Of a DNA stretch of 63,957 nucleotides, positions 47,957 to 57,090 are shown one piece after another (the first letter of the stretch is position 1; every line of letters starts with the position of its first letter). The DNA is taken from the IMG/VR virus record IMGVR_UViG_3300028840_000655, positions 1 through 63,957 of that record. One strand, given 5' to 3'. Below the pieces are notes generated by a model that saw nothing but the letters and a program-made list of their open reading frames with translations, was not told the origin of the DNA and searched no databases. Made by a program: the position numbers and the translations under genes. The DNA comes from a virus. Lineage: Duplodnaviria; Caudoviricetes.

Positions 47957-50900
47957 ATGCCCTACGCCAGCGTCGCAGAACTCCCGGCGAGCGTCCGGCG
48001 TCGTCTGACGGCGCGGTGCGCTCGCGTGTGGATGCGTGCGTTCAACGCGGAGTACGCGAAGAGCGGAAGCGACGCGAAGGCCATGATTGCGGCGAACGTC
48101 GCAGCACGGAACTGTCAGCGCACCATCGCGAAGTTGCTCGACGACCTCGAACTCGCAGCGTCGCGGCGCGTGGTCAAACAGCAGACGGCACCGTCACGCA
48201 AGGCGCGCGACGACTTGCAGCAGCGCATCCTTCACGAGTGGATTGACGCACTCAGGGCGTACTACGTCGGGTTCGCAGAGCGCATCGGCGTCGAGATTGA
48301 CACGACGCTCCCTCCGAACCAACGGCAAGGGCGCATGGTCAACCCGGAGCGGGACCGGCGGAACTTCAAGGTCACGAAGCGCAAGACGTTCATCGGACTC
48401 CCGACGCGGGCACCGTTCGACCTTCCGATTGACTGGCAGAACGAAGCGAACATGCTCGCGGACGTCATGGGCGAGCAGTACGTCAAGTGGCTCAACGCCG
48501 GGACGGCGCGGGCGGCGACGGACATCGCGCTCGTCAACGCGGACGTCAACGCTATCCGGGGCATCGCCGGGTCGCTCCAACTCGGCGACTACGAAACCTC
48601 TATCCGACAGGAACTCGCGAACCGCGTCGTCCGCATCACGGAGGTCCAGCGCACCGTCCTCCGCGACACGGTCCAGCGTGGCATCGAGGCGGGGCTGTCG
48701 ACGAAAGAGATTGCTCGCGGGGCGCGCGTAGGCGGGCGGGTCTATCCGGGCATCAAGGGCAGGGTCGACGAGTTCTACCGCAACCGCTCGCGGGTCATCG
48801 CGCTCACGGAGTCGGCGAACGCGTACAACCTCGGACAGTTGGAGGGCTACTCGCGCTCCGGCGTCGTTCAGGAGGTCCGCATCTTCGACGGTCTCGATTG
48901 CGGTTGGACGAACCACGACGACCCCGACAAGGCGAACGGCACGACGCGCACGTTGCAGCAGGCGGCGGCACAGCCGACGTCGCATCCGAACTGTCAGCGC
49001 TCATGGGCACCCGTCCCGCTCGCTCAGACGCAGGGCGTAGGCCGCACAGCGACGCAGACATCGGGCATCTCGACGAAGCCGCCTACATCGACCCCGACTC
49101 CCCCTCCGCCACAGGCGCGCGTCGGCGTCCCCGGTTCGCGTTGGGCACAGGCATCGTTCGACGACGTCGAGCGGGCGATGCTTCCCGAAGTCGCTCCGGG
49201 TCAGGCCGAATGGGGATGGACGCAGATTGACGACATCACCCGGCTCCCGCGCGACCCGAACGGCAACGTCATGTCGCGGCTCTACATCGACAAGCCGACT
49301 CAGGCGCGGGCGCGCGAAATCATGCGTGAGCGCTACGGCATCCAAGACGTCACGTTCGACGCAGTCACGAAGTCGCAGTACACCATCGACGACGTCCGCG
49401 ACGTCATGCTCGCGTTGGAGGACTACCGCGACCTCGGCGTCGGCTTCGACGACCTCGTCATCAACTTCACGAAGAACAAGGGCGGCGGCGCGCTCGCGGA
49501 CTTCCGGACGTACAACGGCACGGCGGGCGAACTCAACTTCCATCTCTCGCTCGCTCGGCGCGCTCGGTTGGGCAACACGGTCCACGACGGGCAGTACACG
49601 GGCTTCCGCTCGACGGCACAGCACGAACTAGGGCACGCGCTCGACGACCGGACGATGTCGACGTTCTCCGGGCGGTTCCGGTGGAATGCCGATTGGGCGA
49701 GGGCGACAGCGTCTCAGGCGGACAACGACGAATGGCGCATCATCCACAACTCGTCGCGCGGCGTGGGCGGCGGCAAGGACGCAGCGCAACAGGTCAAGGC
49801 ATACCAGAGCCGTCTCGCGGACCTTGACGACGAGATTGCGCGCAGGACGCAGTCGCTCGCGGAACGGCAGGCGCGGTTCGCTCGTGCGACGGACCCGACC
49901 GACATCCAGTTGCAGCGTCGCTCCATCCAACTCGAACAGTCGCAGTTGGCGCAGGCGAAGAACTCGAAGGCTCAATACGAGCGGTTGCTTCGGCGGCTAC
50001 AGGACGACATCGACAGCGGAGCCGAAGCGTTCCCCACGAACTACGCGCAGACGGCGGCGGGCAAGGGCAACCCGTTCGCGGAGGACTTCGCGGACACGGC
50101 GCGCGGCTACTTGCAGAACCCGACAGAGTTCAAGCGGCTCTACCCGCGACGCGCAGCGCACTTCGAGAAGATGTTGGAGCGGGCGCGCTCCCTGCCGAAG
50201 AACTACGCGGACGACGTCCCTCTTCCGAAGAACACAGCGCTCTATCAGCAGCAGGAAGCGGCGAAGAAAGCGCAGCGAGCGGCGAGGGCGAAGGCGAAGC
50301 GAGACGCGGCGAAGGAAGCGGCGAGGCGCGAGGCAGAGCGCAAGGCGCAGGAAGAGGCGGCGCGCAAGGCGCGCGAAGAGGCGGCTCGTCTCGAAGCCGA
50401 ACGCAGGGCGCGCGAGGAAGCGGCACGGCGCGCACGCGAAGAGGCGGCTCGACGGGCAGCGGCGGCGGACGACGTCTACAGGCCGAACCCCGGCATCACC
50501 AATCGCTCGGATTGGGCGGGCATCGTCGACGAGGGCGCAGAGCATTACCGGACGACGAGGGCGCTCGGCGGCGACCCCGGCAATCAGACGATGGCGGCGA
50601 TGAACGCGCGGCTCGGCACGGATGGCGCTCCGCGTGTCGTGGACTCGGTCGACGACCTCGTTCGGGCGGGCTGGCGCGAGACCTATCGTGGGACGTCATC
50701 CGCGACGTTCAACGACTCGTTCCGCTCAGGCGCGTTCTTCCCCGGCAAGGGCATCTACGGCGACGGCACCTACACGGCGGCGGCGCAGTCGTCAGGCAGC
50801 GCGCTCCGGGGCGGCGGTCCACGCATCGCAGCGGGCTACGCGACGGACTACGGGAAGGTCATGCGGATGGCGCTTCACCCGCGCGCGAAGGTCATCTCGT

Positions 50901-51265
50901 ACGACGACGCGTGGCAGGGCATGGTCGAAGGCGAGAAGCGGTGGCGCGAGGCGAGGGGCATCTTCCTTGACCGGGAGGGGCGAGGGTACTTCTACAAGCG
51001 CATCGACCCGGCGAGCGGGCGCGAACTGTCGTTCCCATCTGCGGGAGACGACATCTCGGCGTGGACGCGCGTCCCGGAAGAGGTCTTGGCGGAAGCCAAA
51101 GAGTTCGAGGACTACGGACAATGGGCGCTCGCCAACGGCTATGACGCCATCATCGCCGACCACGGGACGACGGGCGTCCACGACTACATCGTCATCCTCA
51201 ACCGCACGGCGGTCGCGGTCGAGAAGGTCGACAGGTTCCCCGACGAGTTCAACCCCATCCTGTAG
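47957..51265 (+). CDS. MuF minor head protein fusion: ChaB-like N-terminus, MuF, HEXXH zincin, coiled coil, ART-like C-terminus
   Basis: MPY.S..ELP..VR; R..VIALTE...AYN...HPNCQRS; HELGH...NYA...EDFAD; YRG...GIYGDGTY...A.GYA...GYDAI. Confidence 0.85.
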   Translation: MPYASVAELPASVRRRLTARCARVWMRAFNAEYAKSGSDAKAMIAANVAARNCQRTIAKLLDDLELAASRRVVKQQTAPSRKARDDLQQRILHEWIDALRAYYVGFAERIGVEIDTTLPPNQRQGRMVNPERDRRNFKVTKRKTFIGLPTRAPFDLPIDWQNEANMLADVMGEQYVKWLNAGTARAATDIALVNADVNAIRGIAGSLQLGDYETSIRQELANRVVRITEVQRTVLRDTVQRGIEAGLSTKEIARGARVGGRVYPGIKGRVDEFYRNRSRVIALTESANAYNLGQLEGYSRSGVVQEVRIFDGLDCGWTNHDDPDKANGTTRTLQQAAAQPTSHPNCQRSWAPVPLAQTQGVGRTATQTSGISTKPPTSTPTPPPPQARVGVPGSRWAQASFDDVERAMLPEVAPGQAEWGWTQIDDITRLPRDPNGNVMSRLYIDKPTQARAREIMRERYGIQDVTFDAVTKSQYTIDDVRDVMLALEDYRDLGVGFDDLVINFTKNKGGGALADFRTYNGTAGELNFHLSLARRARLGNTVHDGQYTGFRSTAQHELGHALDDRTMSTFSGRFRWNADWARATASQADNDEWRIIHNSSRGVGGGKDAAQQVKAYQSRLADLDDEIARRTQSLAERQARFARATDPTDIQLQRRSIQLEQSQLAQAKNSKAQYERLLRRLQDDIDSGAEAFPTNYAQTAAGKGNPFAEDFADTARGYLQNPTEFKRLYPRRAAHFEKMLERARSLPKNYADDVPLPKNTALYQQQEAAKKAQRAARAKAKRDAAKEAARREAERKAQEEAARKAREEAARLEAERRAREEAARRAREEAARRAAAADDVYRPNPGITNRSDWAGIVDEGAEHYRTTRALGGDPGNQTMAAMNARLGTDGAPRVVDSVDDLVRAGWRETYRGTSSATFNDSFRSGAFFPGKGIYGDGTYTAAAQSSGSALRGGGPRIAAGYATDYGKVMRMALHPRAKVISYDDAWQGMVEGEKRWREARGIFLDREGRGYFYKRIDPASGRELSFPSAGDDISAWTRVPEEVLAEAKEFEDYGQWALANGYDAIIADHGTTGVHDYIVILNRTAVAVEKVDRFPDEFNPIL

Positions 51266-51267
51266 TG

Positions 51268-51367
51268 GTGACAGCGCGCACCATCCGGCGAAGATTGGGG
51301 GTTGACGTCTACGCGAACGTAGTCCACTATCAGGACATCAAGCCAAACGGCTAGCACGAACGGAGAC
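51268..51367 (+). promoter_or_regulatory. Cassette: box 51268-51281, TTGACG-17-CACTAT, operator 51309-51322, start motif 51356-51367
   Basis: Read directly from sequence. Confidence 0.8.
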
Positions 51368-51372
51368 CCGCA

Positions 51373-51870
51373 ATGCAGACCATCACCATCAAGACCGCTC
51401 TCATCACCAACTTCCGCGACAGCAGCGGCATGATGTTCGACCCCTCGTTCGGCGAGATGATGCTCATGGACCGCACGCAGGGTCCGGACGTCACCATCGC
51501 CGTCGACGAGACGCAGGACGAAGCCGCCACCATCGCCGAGAAGGTGTGGGTCGTCGGCAACCGCATGGCGCGCGACGCCAACGGCACGGCATGGCCGAGC
51601 AACGTCCGCTCGATGAGCATGGGCGACGCGGTCGTCTTCGAGTATTGGGGCGAGACCTTCATCGCCATCGCCAAGGACTTCGGCTTCCACGTCGAGTTCA
51701 TCAACCCGCTCTTCGTCGACAAGGTCGCCGCTCCCCGGAGCGAGCAGGGCGAGTTCGGTCCGTGGGCCGACGCCAGCGACGAGGTCGTGGCCGGTCTGAC
51801 GGAGCGCGAGTCCGCTGTCGAGTTCGAGACCGCCCGCATCCAGAGCGACCCGTACGGTCTCATGAGGTAG
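51373..51870 (+). CDS. Hypothetical protein (RSMSMGD motif)
   Basis: Full cassette upstream. Confidence 0.8.
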   Translation: MQTITIKTALITNFRDSSGMMFDPSFGEMMLMDRTQGPDVTIAVDETQDEAATIAEKVWVVGNRMARDANGTAWPSNVRSMSMGDAVVFEYWGETFIAIAKDFGFHVEFINPLFVDKVAAPRSEQGEFGPWADASDEVVAGLTERESAVEFETARIQSDPYGLMR

Positions 51871-51894
51871 GTCGAAGAAGTGCGGTTAGGGGGG

Positions 51895-51957
51895 TTGACG
51901 CCCCCCGCCGCATCGACTACTCTGGCGTAGACATCGCAACCACACACGAACGGAGAC
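51895..51957 (+). promoter_or_regulatory. Cassette: TTGACG-17-TACTCT, operator 51917-51930 over the -10, start motif 51946-51957
   Basis: Read directly from sequence. Confidence 0.8.
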
Positions 51958-51961
51958 CACG

Positions 51962-52384
51962 ATGCAGAAGCAAGTCACCCTCAACATCCAGAAGGACACC
52001 GGCTCCAACTGGACGTTCCGCTCCACGGACGCGAACGGCGAGACGACCGTTTGGGACATCGACGTCCGCATCGCCAACGAGCATGACAGCACGTACGACG
52101 TCAACGGGCGTCAGGCGACCGTCAAGTTGTACGTTCAGGTCTGCCAGCAGGACGTCGAGCGTCCCGCGTTCATCTCGACTCGCGGCACCCTCGTCATCAA
52201 CCGTCTCCACGACGGCGAGATGTTCGACTGCGAAGCGACCCTCGACTTCGGCAAGTTCGAGACCATCGGCGAGACGGCAGTCATCGGCAAGACCCGCCGG
52301 GGCACGGCAGAAGCGTTCGCTTCACAGGTCGCTCAGGACTTCGTCGCGAAGATGCGGCGCGACCGGAAGGCGGTCGCCAAGTGA
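51962..52384 (+). CDS. Hypothetical protein
   Basis: Cassette upstream. Confidence 0.8.
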   Translation: MQKQVTLNIQKDTGSNWTFRSTDANGETTVWDIDVRIANEHDSTYDVNGRQATVKLYVQVCQQDVERPAFISTRGTLVINRLHDGEMFDCEATLDFGKFETIGETAVIGKTRRGTAEAFASQVAQDFVAKMRRDRKAVAK

Positions 52385-52722
52385 GCGGGAACGAAGTCAC
52401 GAACCGCTACCTCAAGGTCACGCGGGACGAAGTCGGCGAGTTCATCGTCGGCTCGACCGTCACCTACGGCGGACATGACGACTGTCGGCATCAAGCCGGG
52501 ACGTGTCCCCACGAGCGGACCTTCTCAGGCTATCCGGTCCACGTTTGGCAGGGAGACCGCTTCGACGGCTCCGGCGAGATGATGACGTTCGTCTCGTACA
52601 TCCTCATCAACGACGAGCATCCGGAAGTCGGCGAACACGGCGACCTCGTCGCCATCCCCGTCGAGTCCATCATCAAGACCGTCACCTACAAGGTCGGCGC
52701 ACGCAAGGGAGACCAGTCATGA
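52381..52722 (+). CDS. Hypothetical protein
   Basis: GTGA coupling. Confidence 0.65.
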   Translation: MSGNEVTNRYLKVTRDEVGEFIVGSTVTYGGHDDCRHQAGTCPHERTFSGYPVHVWQGDRFDGSGEMMTFVSYILINDEHPEVGEHGDLVAIPVESIIKTVTYKVGARKGDQS

Positions 52723-53237
52723 CCCGGACCATCACGCTCGACAAGGCGAAGACCATGTCGAACACAGTCGAGAACCTTCGCGAAGGCGACATCCTCGCGA
52801 CCGTCCACGAGGACTTCGCGGTCCTGTTCCTCGTCGTCAAGGTCAAGCCGGGACGCAACCAGTTCGGCGACGAGTGGGTCGAACTGACCACGACGGCGCA
52901 GCACAACGGCGTCACGCGCATGGTCACGTACTCGAAGGGCGAGCGCGTCACGATGGCGTGCGATTGCGGCAAGGGCCACTTCTGCCCGCAGTTCGGCTCG
53001 GCGTTCTCTGACGGCTCCCGCTCCGTCGACGTCAAGCGCTCCGGTTCCATCAAGGTCGCCGTCACCCTGACCATCGAGGTCGACCCGGAGACGTACGCCG
53101 GAACGTACGGCGTCGCTCCCGAAGAGGCGGTCTCGGACGCACGGCGGTTCGTCAAGGACAGCATGACCCCGACGATGCTCAACGCGGCAGGCATCTTCGC
53201 CAGCGACAGCGGCATCGAAGTCGTGCGGTCGCGGTAG
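52719..53237 (+). CDS. Hypothetical protein
   Basis: ATGA coupling; GGGAGACC RBS. Confidence 0.7.
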   Translation: MTRTITLDKAKTMSNTVENLREGDILATVHEDFAVLFLVVKVKPGRNQFGDEWVELTTTAQHNGVTRMVTYSKGERVTMACDCGKGHFCPQFGSAFSDGSRSVDVKRSGSIKVAVTLTIEVDPETYAGTYGVAPEEAVSDARRFVKDSMTPTMLNAAGIFASDSGIEVVRSR

Positions 53238-53246
53238 GATGGCGTC

Positions 53247-53465
53247 ATGCCCATCACGTCAGAGCAGAGTCAGGCGATAGCCGCTCTGCTCGACCAACAT
53301 CTCGACCTCGACGCGACGCCGGTCCTCAACACGGCGGAGCGCGTCGACCTTCGCGAACGGCTACACGCCAGTCGCGGCGGCGGCGAGTGGGACGCTCTCA
53401 CGCTTCGAGAGCGCAGGCTTGCCAACGCGGAACTCCGCAGACTCCGCCGTATCAGCAGGGGATGA
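53247..53465 (+). CDS. Hypothetical protein
   Basis: ORF tiling. Confidence 0.55.
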   Translation: MPITSEQSQAIAALLDQHLDLDATPVLNTAERVDLRERLHASRGGGEWDALTLRERRLANAELRRLRRISRG

Positions 53466-53809
53466 CGATGGGGCGCTACGTGGTAGGGGTCGACGGCGGC
53501 ACAGCCGAAGTCGAGAGCGACGGCACCATCGTCGCTGTCTCCGACCGGCGGCTCGGCAACCGGCTCCGGCGGAACCTCGCGCTCACGGCGGTCATCCGCG
53601 AAGTCACCGGGACCATCGGCGAGGCGACCGAAGAGGACGCGGCTATCTTCGAGCGCATCCGGGAGTACCGTCCCGGACACCCGATGCACGTCTTCGCGAC
53701 GCTCTTCCTCATGGACGCAGACTTCGTCATCCCGACAGACGACATCGAGCGCGTCCGGGCGGCGGGATACAACGTCTCAGACGAAGGACTGCTCGTTTCG
53801 TCTGATTGA
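53462..53809 (+). CDS. Hypothetical protein
   Basis: ATGA coupling. Confidence 0.6.
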   Translation: MTMGRYVVGVDGGTAEVESDGTIVAVSDRRLGNRLRRNLALTAVIREVTGTIGEATEEDAAIFERIREYRPGHPMHVFATLFLMDADFVIPTDDIERVRAAGYNVSDEGLLVSSD

Positions 53810-53836
53810 CACGACGCCTACGGACGCGCATATAAT
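53806..53836 (+). promoter_or_regulatory. TTGACA-19-TATAAT promoter, leaderless into the protease gene
   Basis: Perfect hexamers but a long spacer; GTG 6 nt after the -10. Confidence 0.6.
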
Positions 53837-53842
53837 CGACGC

Positions 53843-54256
53843 GTGGCGGACGTCGTCTCGCGTGACGACTCATTCGAGGTAGCCGTCCCAATCGCAAAGC
53901 GCGATAGGGCACGGCAGATTGCCTATGGCGTCGTACTCGAACCCCGCGACGCGTCGAACCCGGACCTACAGGGCGACTGGCACTCGGCAGAAGACGTCGA
54001 GAAGGCCGCTCACCGCTTCCTTGCTCACGTCGCCAACGGCGAGGGTTTCGGCGACCACATGCACGACCGACAGACGAAGGCGGGATACCCGGTCGAGTCC
54101 TTCATCGCCCCTGTGGACTTCACGTTGGGCGACCAGTTGGTCAAGCGCGGTTCGTGGGTCATGGGAATGCACTACCCGGACCCGAACATCTGGAAGGGCA
54201 TCGTTGACGGGCGCTACTCGGCGTTCTCCGTTGGCGGCTACGGACGGAGGGTCTAA
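53843..54256 (+). CDS. XkdF-like prohead serine protease
   Basis: YGVVLEP...DLQGD, AAH.F, VESFIAP and G.YSAFSVGG motifs. Confidence 0.9.
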   Translation: MADVVSRDDSFEVAVPIAKRDRARQIAYGVVLEPRDASNPDLQGDWHSAEDVEKAAHRFLAHVANGEGFGDHMHDRQTKAGYPVESFIAPVDFTLGDQLVKRGSWVMGMHYPDPNIWKGIVDGRYSAFSVGGYGRRV

Positions 54257-55174
54257 ATGCCACGTCTCGTCGACATGGACATCGACACCGTCTCCCTCGT
54301 GGACAAGGGCGCGAACAATCGAAGGTTCGCCGTCCTCAAGCGCGCGTCAGTCCGTGGGCCGATGGTCTCCGCGCCTGACGACGCTCAATCGACGGAGAGC
54401 GGCGATAACGTGTCAGATGACACAGAACCAGAGTCGGGCGTTCGCGCGGCTCTGGGGAAGATTGCGGACGCTCTGGGGCTGTCTGACGAAGGACGCGAGT
54501 TCGTGGGCTTCGTCGACAACCACGGACAGCCGCTTACGGCAGAGACCGTCACGAAGGCGGTCGACTCATACCGGGACTTCGTCCTCGACGCTCTCAAGGT
54601 CGAGAAGGCGGGGCGGAAGATTAGCGGCGCTCGGATGACGCAGTTGAAGAACGCGATGAGCGTTCTCGGCGACCTCATCAACGGCGTCGAAGAGGGGTAT
54701 TGGACCCCGCCGAACATCGAGAAGGGACACGAGGTAGACGACATGAACGAGCAGGAACTCCGCGAACTCGTCGCGAAGACCGTGAGCGATACCTTCACGG
54801 CGGCGTTCGCCGACGACGGCGCGGGCACGCAGGCCATCGCGAAGGCGGTCGCGGGCGTGCAGAAGTCAGACGAGGCTCCCGCAGAGAGCAAGGAAGAGGC
54901 TCCGGCGGCTCCCGTCGAGACTGCGGCTCCGGCTCCGGCGGCGACCGAGACGTCCGCGCAGGAACTCGCCGACGCCATCTCCAAGCGTCTCGACGAGTTC
55001 GGCACGACTCAGGGTCAGGTCATCGAGGCGGTCGCGAAGGTCGCCGAGCGTCTTGACAACCTCGAAGGCGGCGCGCGCCAGAGCGGCGGAGCCATCGAGA
55101 AGGGCGAGAAGCCGAAGACCATCACCAAGCGCGAGAAGGGCGACATGTCGTCCCTCCACGGCATCCTCGGATAA
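54257..55174 (+). CDS. Capsid scaffold protein
   Basis: N-terminal VSLVDKGAN, KAGRKISG.R, Ala/Glu-rich helical body. Confidence 0.75.
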   Translation: MPRLVDMDIDTVSLVDKGANNRRFAVLKRASVRGPMVSAPDDAQSTESGDNVSDDTEPESGVRAALGKIADALGLSDEGREFVGFVDNHGQPLTAETVTKAVDSYRDFVLDALKVEKAGRKISGARMTQLKNAMSVLGDLINGVEEGYWTPPNIEKGHEVDDMNEQELRELVAKTVSDTFTAAFADDGAGTQAIAKAVAGVQKSDEAPAESKEEAPAAPVETAAPAPAATETSAQELADAISKRLDEFGTTQGQVIEAVAKVAERLDNLEGGARQSGGAIEKGEKPKTITKREKGDMSSLHGILG

Positions 55175-55186
55175 GGGAGCGCGAAC

Positions 55187-55570
55187 ATGACCATCCCCGC
55201 ATCCGGCAAGTGGTCGCCAGACGGCAGGGCGTACGACTACGGGTCGGCGCTCGGCGTCAACCTCGACGCTTCGGCGTCGAAGGCGGGCGGCGTCCTCGCG
55301 GTCCCGGTCACGGCGCATTACGTCGCCTTGACGACGGGCGGCGCGGAAGCGCTCACCCTCGCGGACGGCGTACCGGGCCAGACCATCACCATCGCTCTCG
55401 TCTCTGACGGCGGCGACGGCACCCTGACCCCGGCGACGGCGTCAGGCTTCACGAGCATCGTCTTCGCTGACGCAGGCGACGTCGCGGCTCTCAAGTTCAT
55501 CGACTCGACCGTGGGTTGGGTCATCCTCGGCACGGCGGGCGTCCTTGCTCCGCCAGTCACCGTCGCCTAG
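55187..55570 (+). CDS. Putative capsid decoration/cement protein
   Basis: Small beta-rich protein just before the capsid gene. Confidence 0.55.
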   Translation: MTIPASGKWSPDGRAYDYGSALGVNLDASASKAGGVLAVPVTAHYVALTTGGAEALTLADGVPGQTITIALVSDGGDGTLTPATASGFTSIVFADAGDVAALKFIDSTVGWVILGTAGVLAPPVTVA

Positions 55571-55588
55571 AGCGAAGGGAGATAGAAC

Positions 55589-56026
55589 ATGGCAGGCAAG
55601 ACCCTTACTCGTCCGTACGACGAGAAGAACGCAGGCGCGGTGTCGGTCGCGGAAGCGCGCATCGACTTCGCAGCCGCCGATGCGCGCGTATACCTCGCGT
55701 CGCTCCCGGCGGGGGCAATCATCCTCCGAGCGTGGTTCGACATCGAGACCTCGTTCGACAGCGGCACGAGCGACGAACTCAACATGGGTTGGGGCGACGT
55801 CGGCGCGGCTACGTCTGACGACATCATCGACGCGGTCGACGGCACCGGCTCCGGCATTCAGGGCGAGGTCGGTCCTCTCCCGGTCGGCACCCTTGCAGCG
55901 GCACAGGACATCTACCTGTATCACCTGACCGGGGGCACGGCTCCCACGGCGGGTTCCGCGAAGGGTTACATCCTCTTCGCCCGCGCAGCGGACAACGGCG
56001 AGAGCAACGGCTTCTACGGCGCGTAG
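55589..56026 (+). CDS. Putative capsid decoration protein
   Basis: LPAGAII......T.FD jelly-roll-like pattern. Confidence 0.55.
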   Translation: MAGKTLTRPYDEKNAGAVSVAEARIDFAAADARVYLASLPAGAIILRAWFDIETSFDSGTSDELNMGWGDVGAATSDDIIDAVDGTGSGIQGEVGPLPVGTLAAAQDIYLYHLTGGTAPTAGSAKGYILFARAADNGESNGFYGA

Positions 56027-56054
56027 GGCTGGACTGAGAGAAGGGACACAGACA

Positions 56055-57008
56055 ATGACCATGACCGGAGACGAACTGCTCCGCAAGGCAGCGGGGACCA
56101 TCACGGTTCCCGGCAACTTCATCGCGGCGTCGGGACTGCTCCTGCCAGAGCAGGCCGACGCGTTCCTCGATGCTGTATACGACGCGACTCCGTTCGCTGC
56201 GCTACAGCGTGTCGAGCGTCGTCGCTCCAAGAGCGGCACCATCGCGAAGATTGGCATCGGCTCGCGCCTGCTCCGTCCGAAGACGACGGGCGTAGACGAC
56301 GCCACTCTCAGCCGTCCGGACTTCTCGGACGTCGGCTACCAGACGGTCGCTTCGCGGCTCGACTGGGAGATTGACGAAGAGACGTTCGAGGAGAACATCG
56401 AAGGCGCGGGCTTCGAGGACCATGTCCTCCGGCTCATGACCGACCAAGTCGGGCGCGACCTCGAAGACCTCCACTTCAACGGCGACCCGACCGACGTCTC
56501 GGCGGACGCGGTCTTCCTCAACCAGAACGCCGGTTGGCTCTACCAGTTGGAGACCGGCGGCATCGCGCATCGCGTGGACGGCTCCGCCATCTCCGCAGGC
56601 GCGGTCGAGAAGGGTCACTTCTTCGCTGCCATCGAGGCGATGCCGGACAAGTATCTGCAACAGGGCCGAGCGCGGTGGATGGCTTCCCCGACCACATGGG
56701 CGCGTTACGTCGAGTACCTGACCGACCGGGCGACCGGCGCAGGCGACAGCGCTCTCATCAACGGTCAGGTTCCGTCAATCGCGGGCATCAACGGCGTGTC
56801 CATCCCGGTCATGCCGAACGACCGCATCCTTCTCGCGGACCCGCAGAACTTCATCGTCGTGAACACCAAGGACATCCGTGTTCGCCGAACGACTGAGGGT
56901 CGCGAGGCCATCCGCGCCGACAAGCGCTTCTACGCAATCTTCCTTGACGACGATTGCATGATTGAAGAGCAGGACGGCGTCGTGGACGTCTACGGTCTCA
57001 CCGCCTAA
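56055..57008 (+). CDS. Major capsid protein (XkdG-like, HK97 fold)
   Basis: GLL.PEQAD.F, E..FEENIEG and DLE.L.FNGD motifs. Confidence 0.92.
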   Translation: MTMTGDELLRKAAGTITVPGNFIAASGLLLPEQADAFLDAVYDATPFAALQRVERRRSKSGTIAKIGIGSRLLRPKTTGVDDATLSRPDFSDVGYQTVASRLDWEIDEETFEENIEGAGFEDHVLRLMTDQVGRDLEDLHFNGDPTDVSADAVFLNQNAGWLYQLETGGIAHRVDGSAISAGAVEKGHFFAAIEAMPDKYLQQGRARWMASPTTWARYVEYLTDRATGAGDSALINGQVPSIAGINGVSIPVMPNDRILLADPQNFIVVNTKDIRVRRTTEGREAIRADKRFYAIFLDDDCMIEEQDGVVDVYGLTA

Positions 57009-57023
57009 GACATCCATCTAGAA

Positions 57024-57063
57024 GGCGGGTCGAGCGGTGGCGGGACAGGGCCGCTCGACCCGC
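57024..57063 (+). terminator. Hairpin after the capsid gene
   Basis: GCGGGTCGAGCGG...CCGCTCGACCCGC, 13-bp stem. Confidence 0.7.
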
Positions 57064-57090
57064 TAACTTCATCCGGGGAGACGAGGGACC

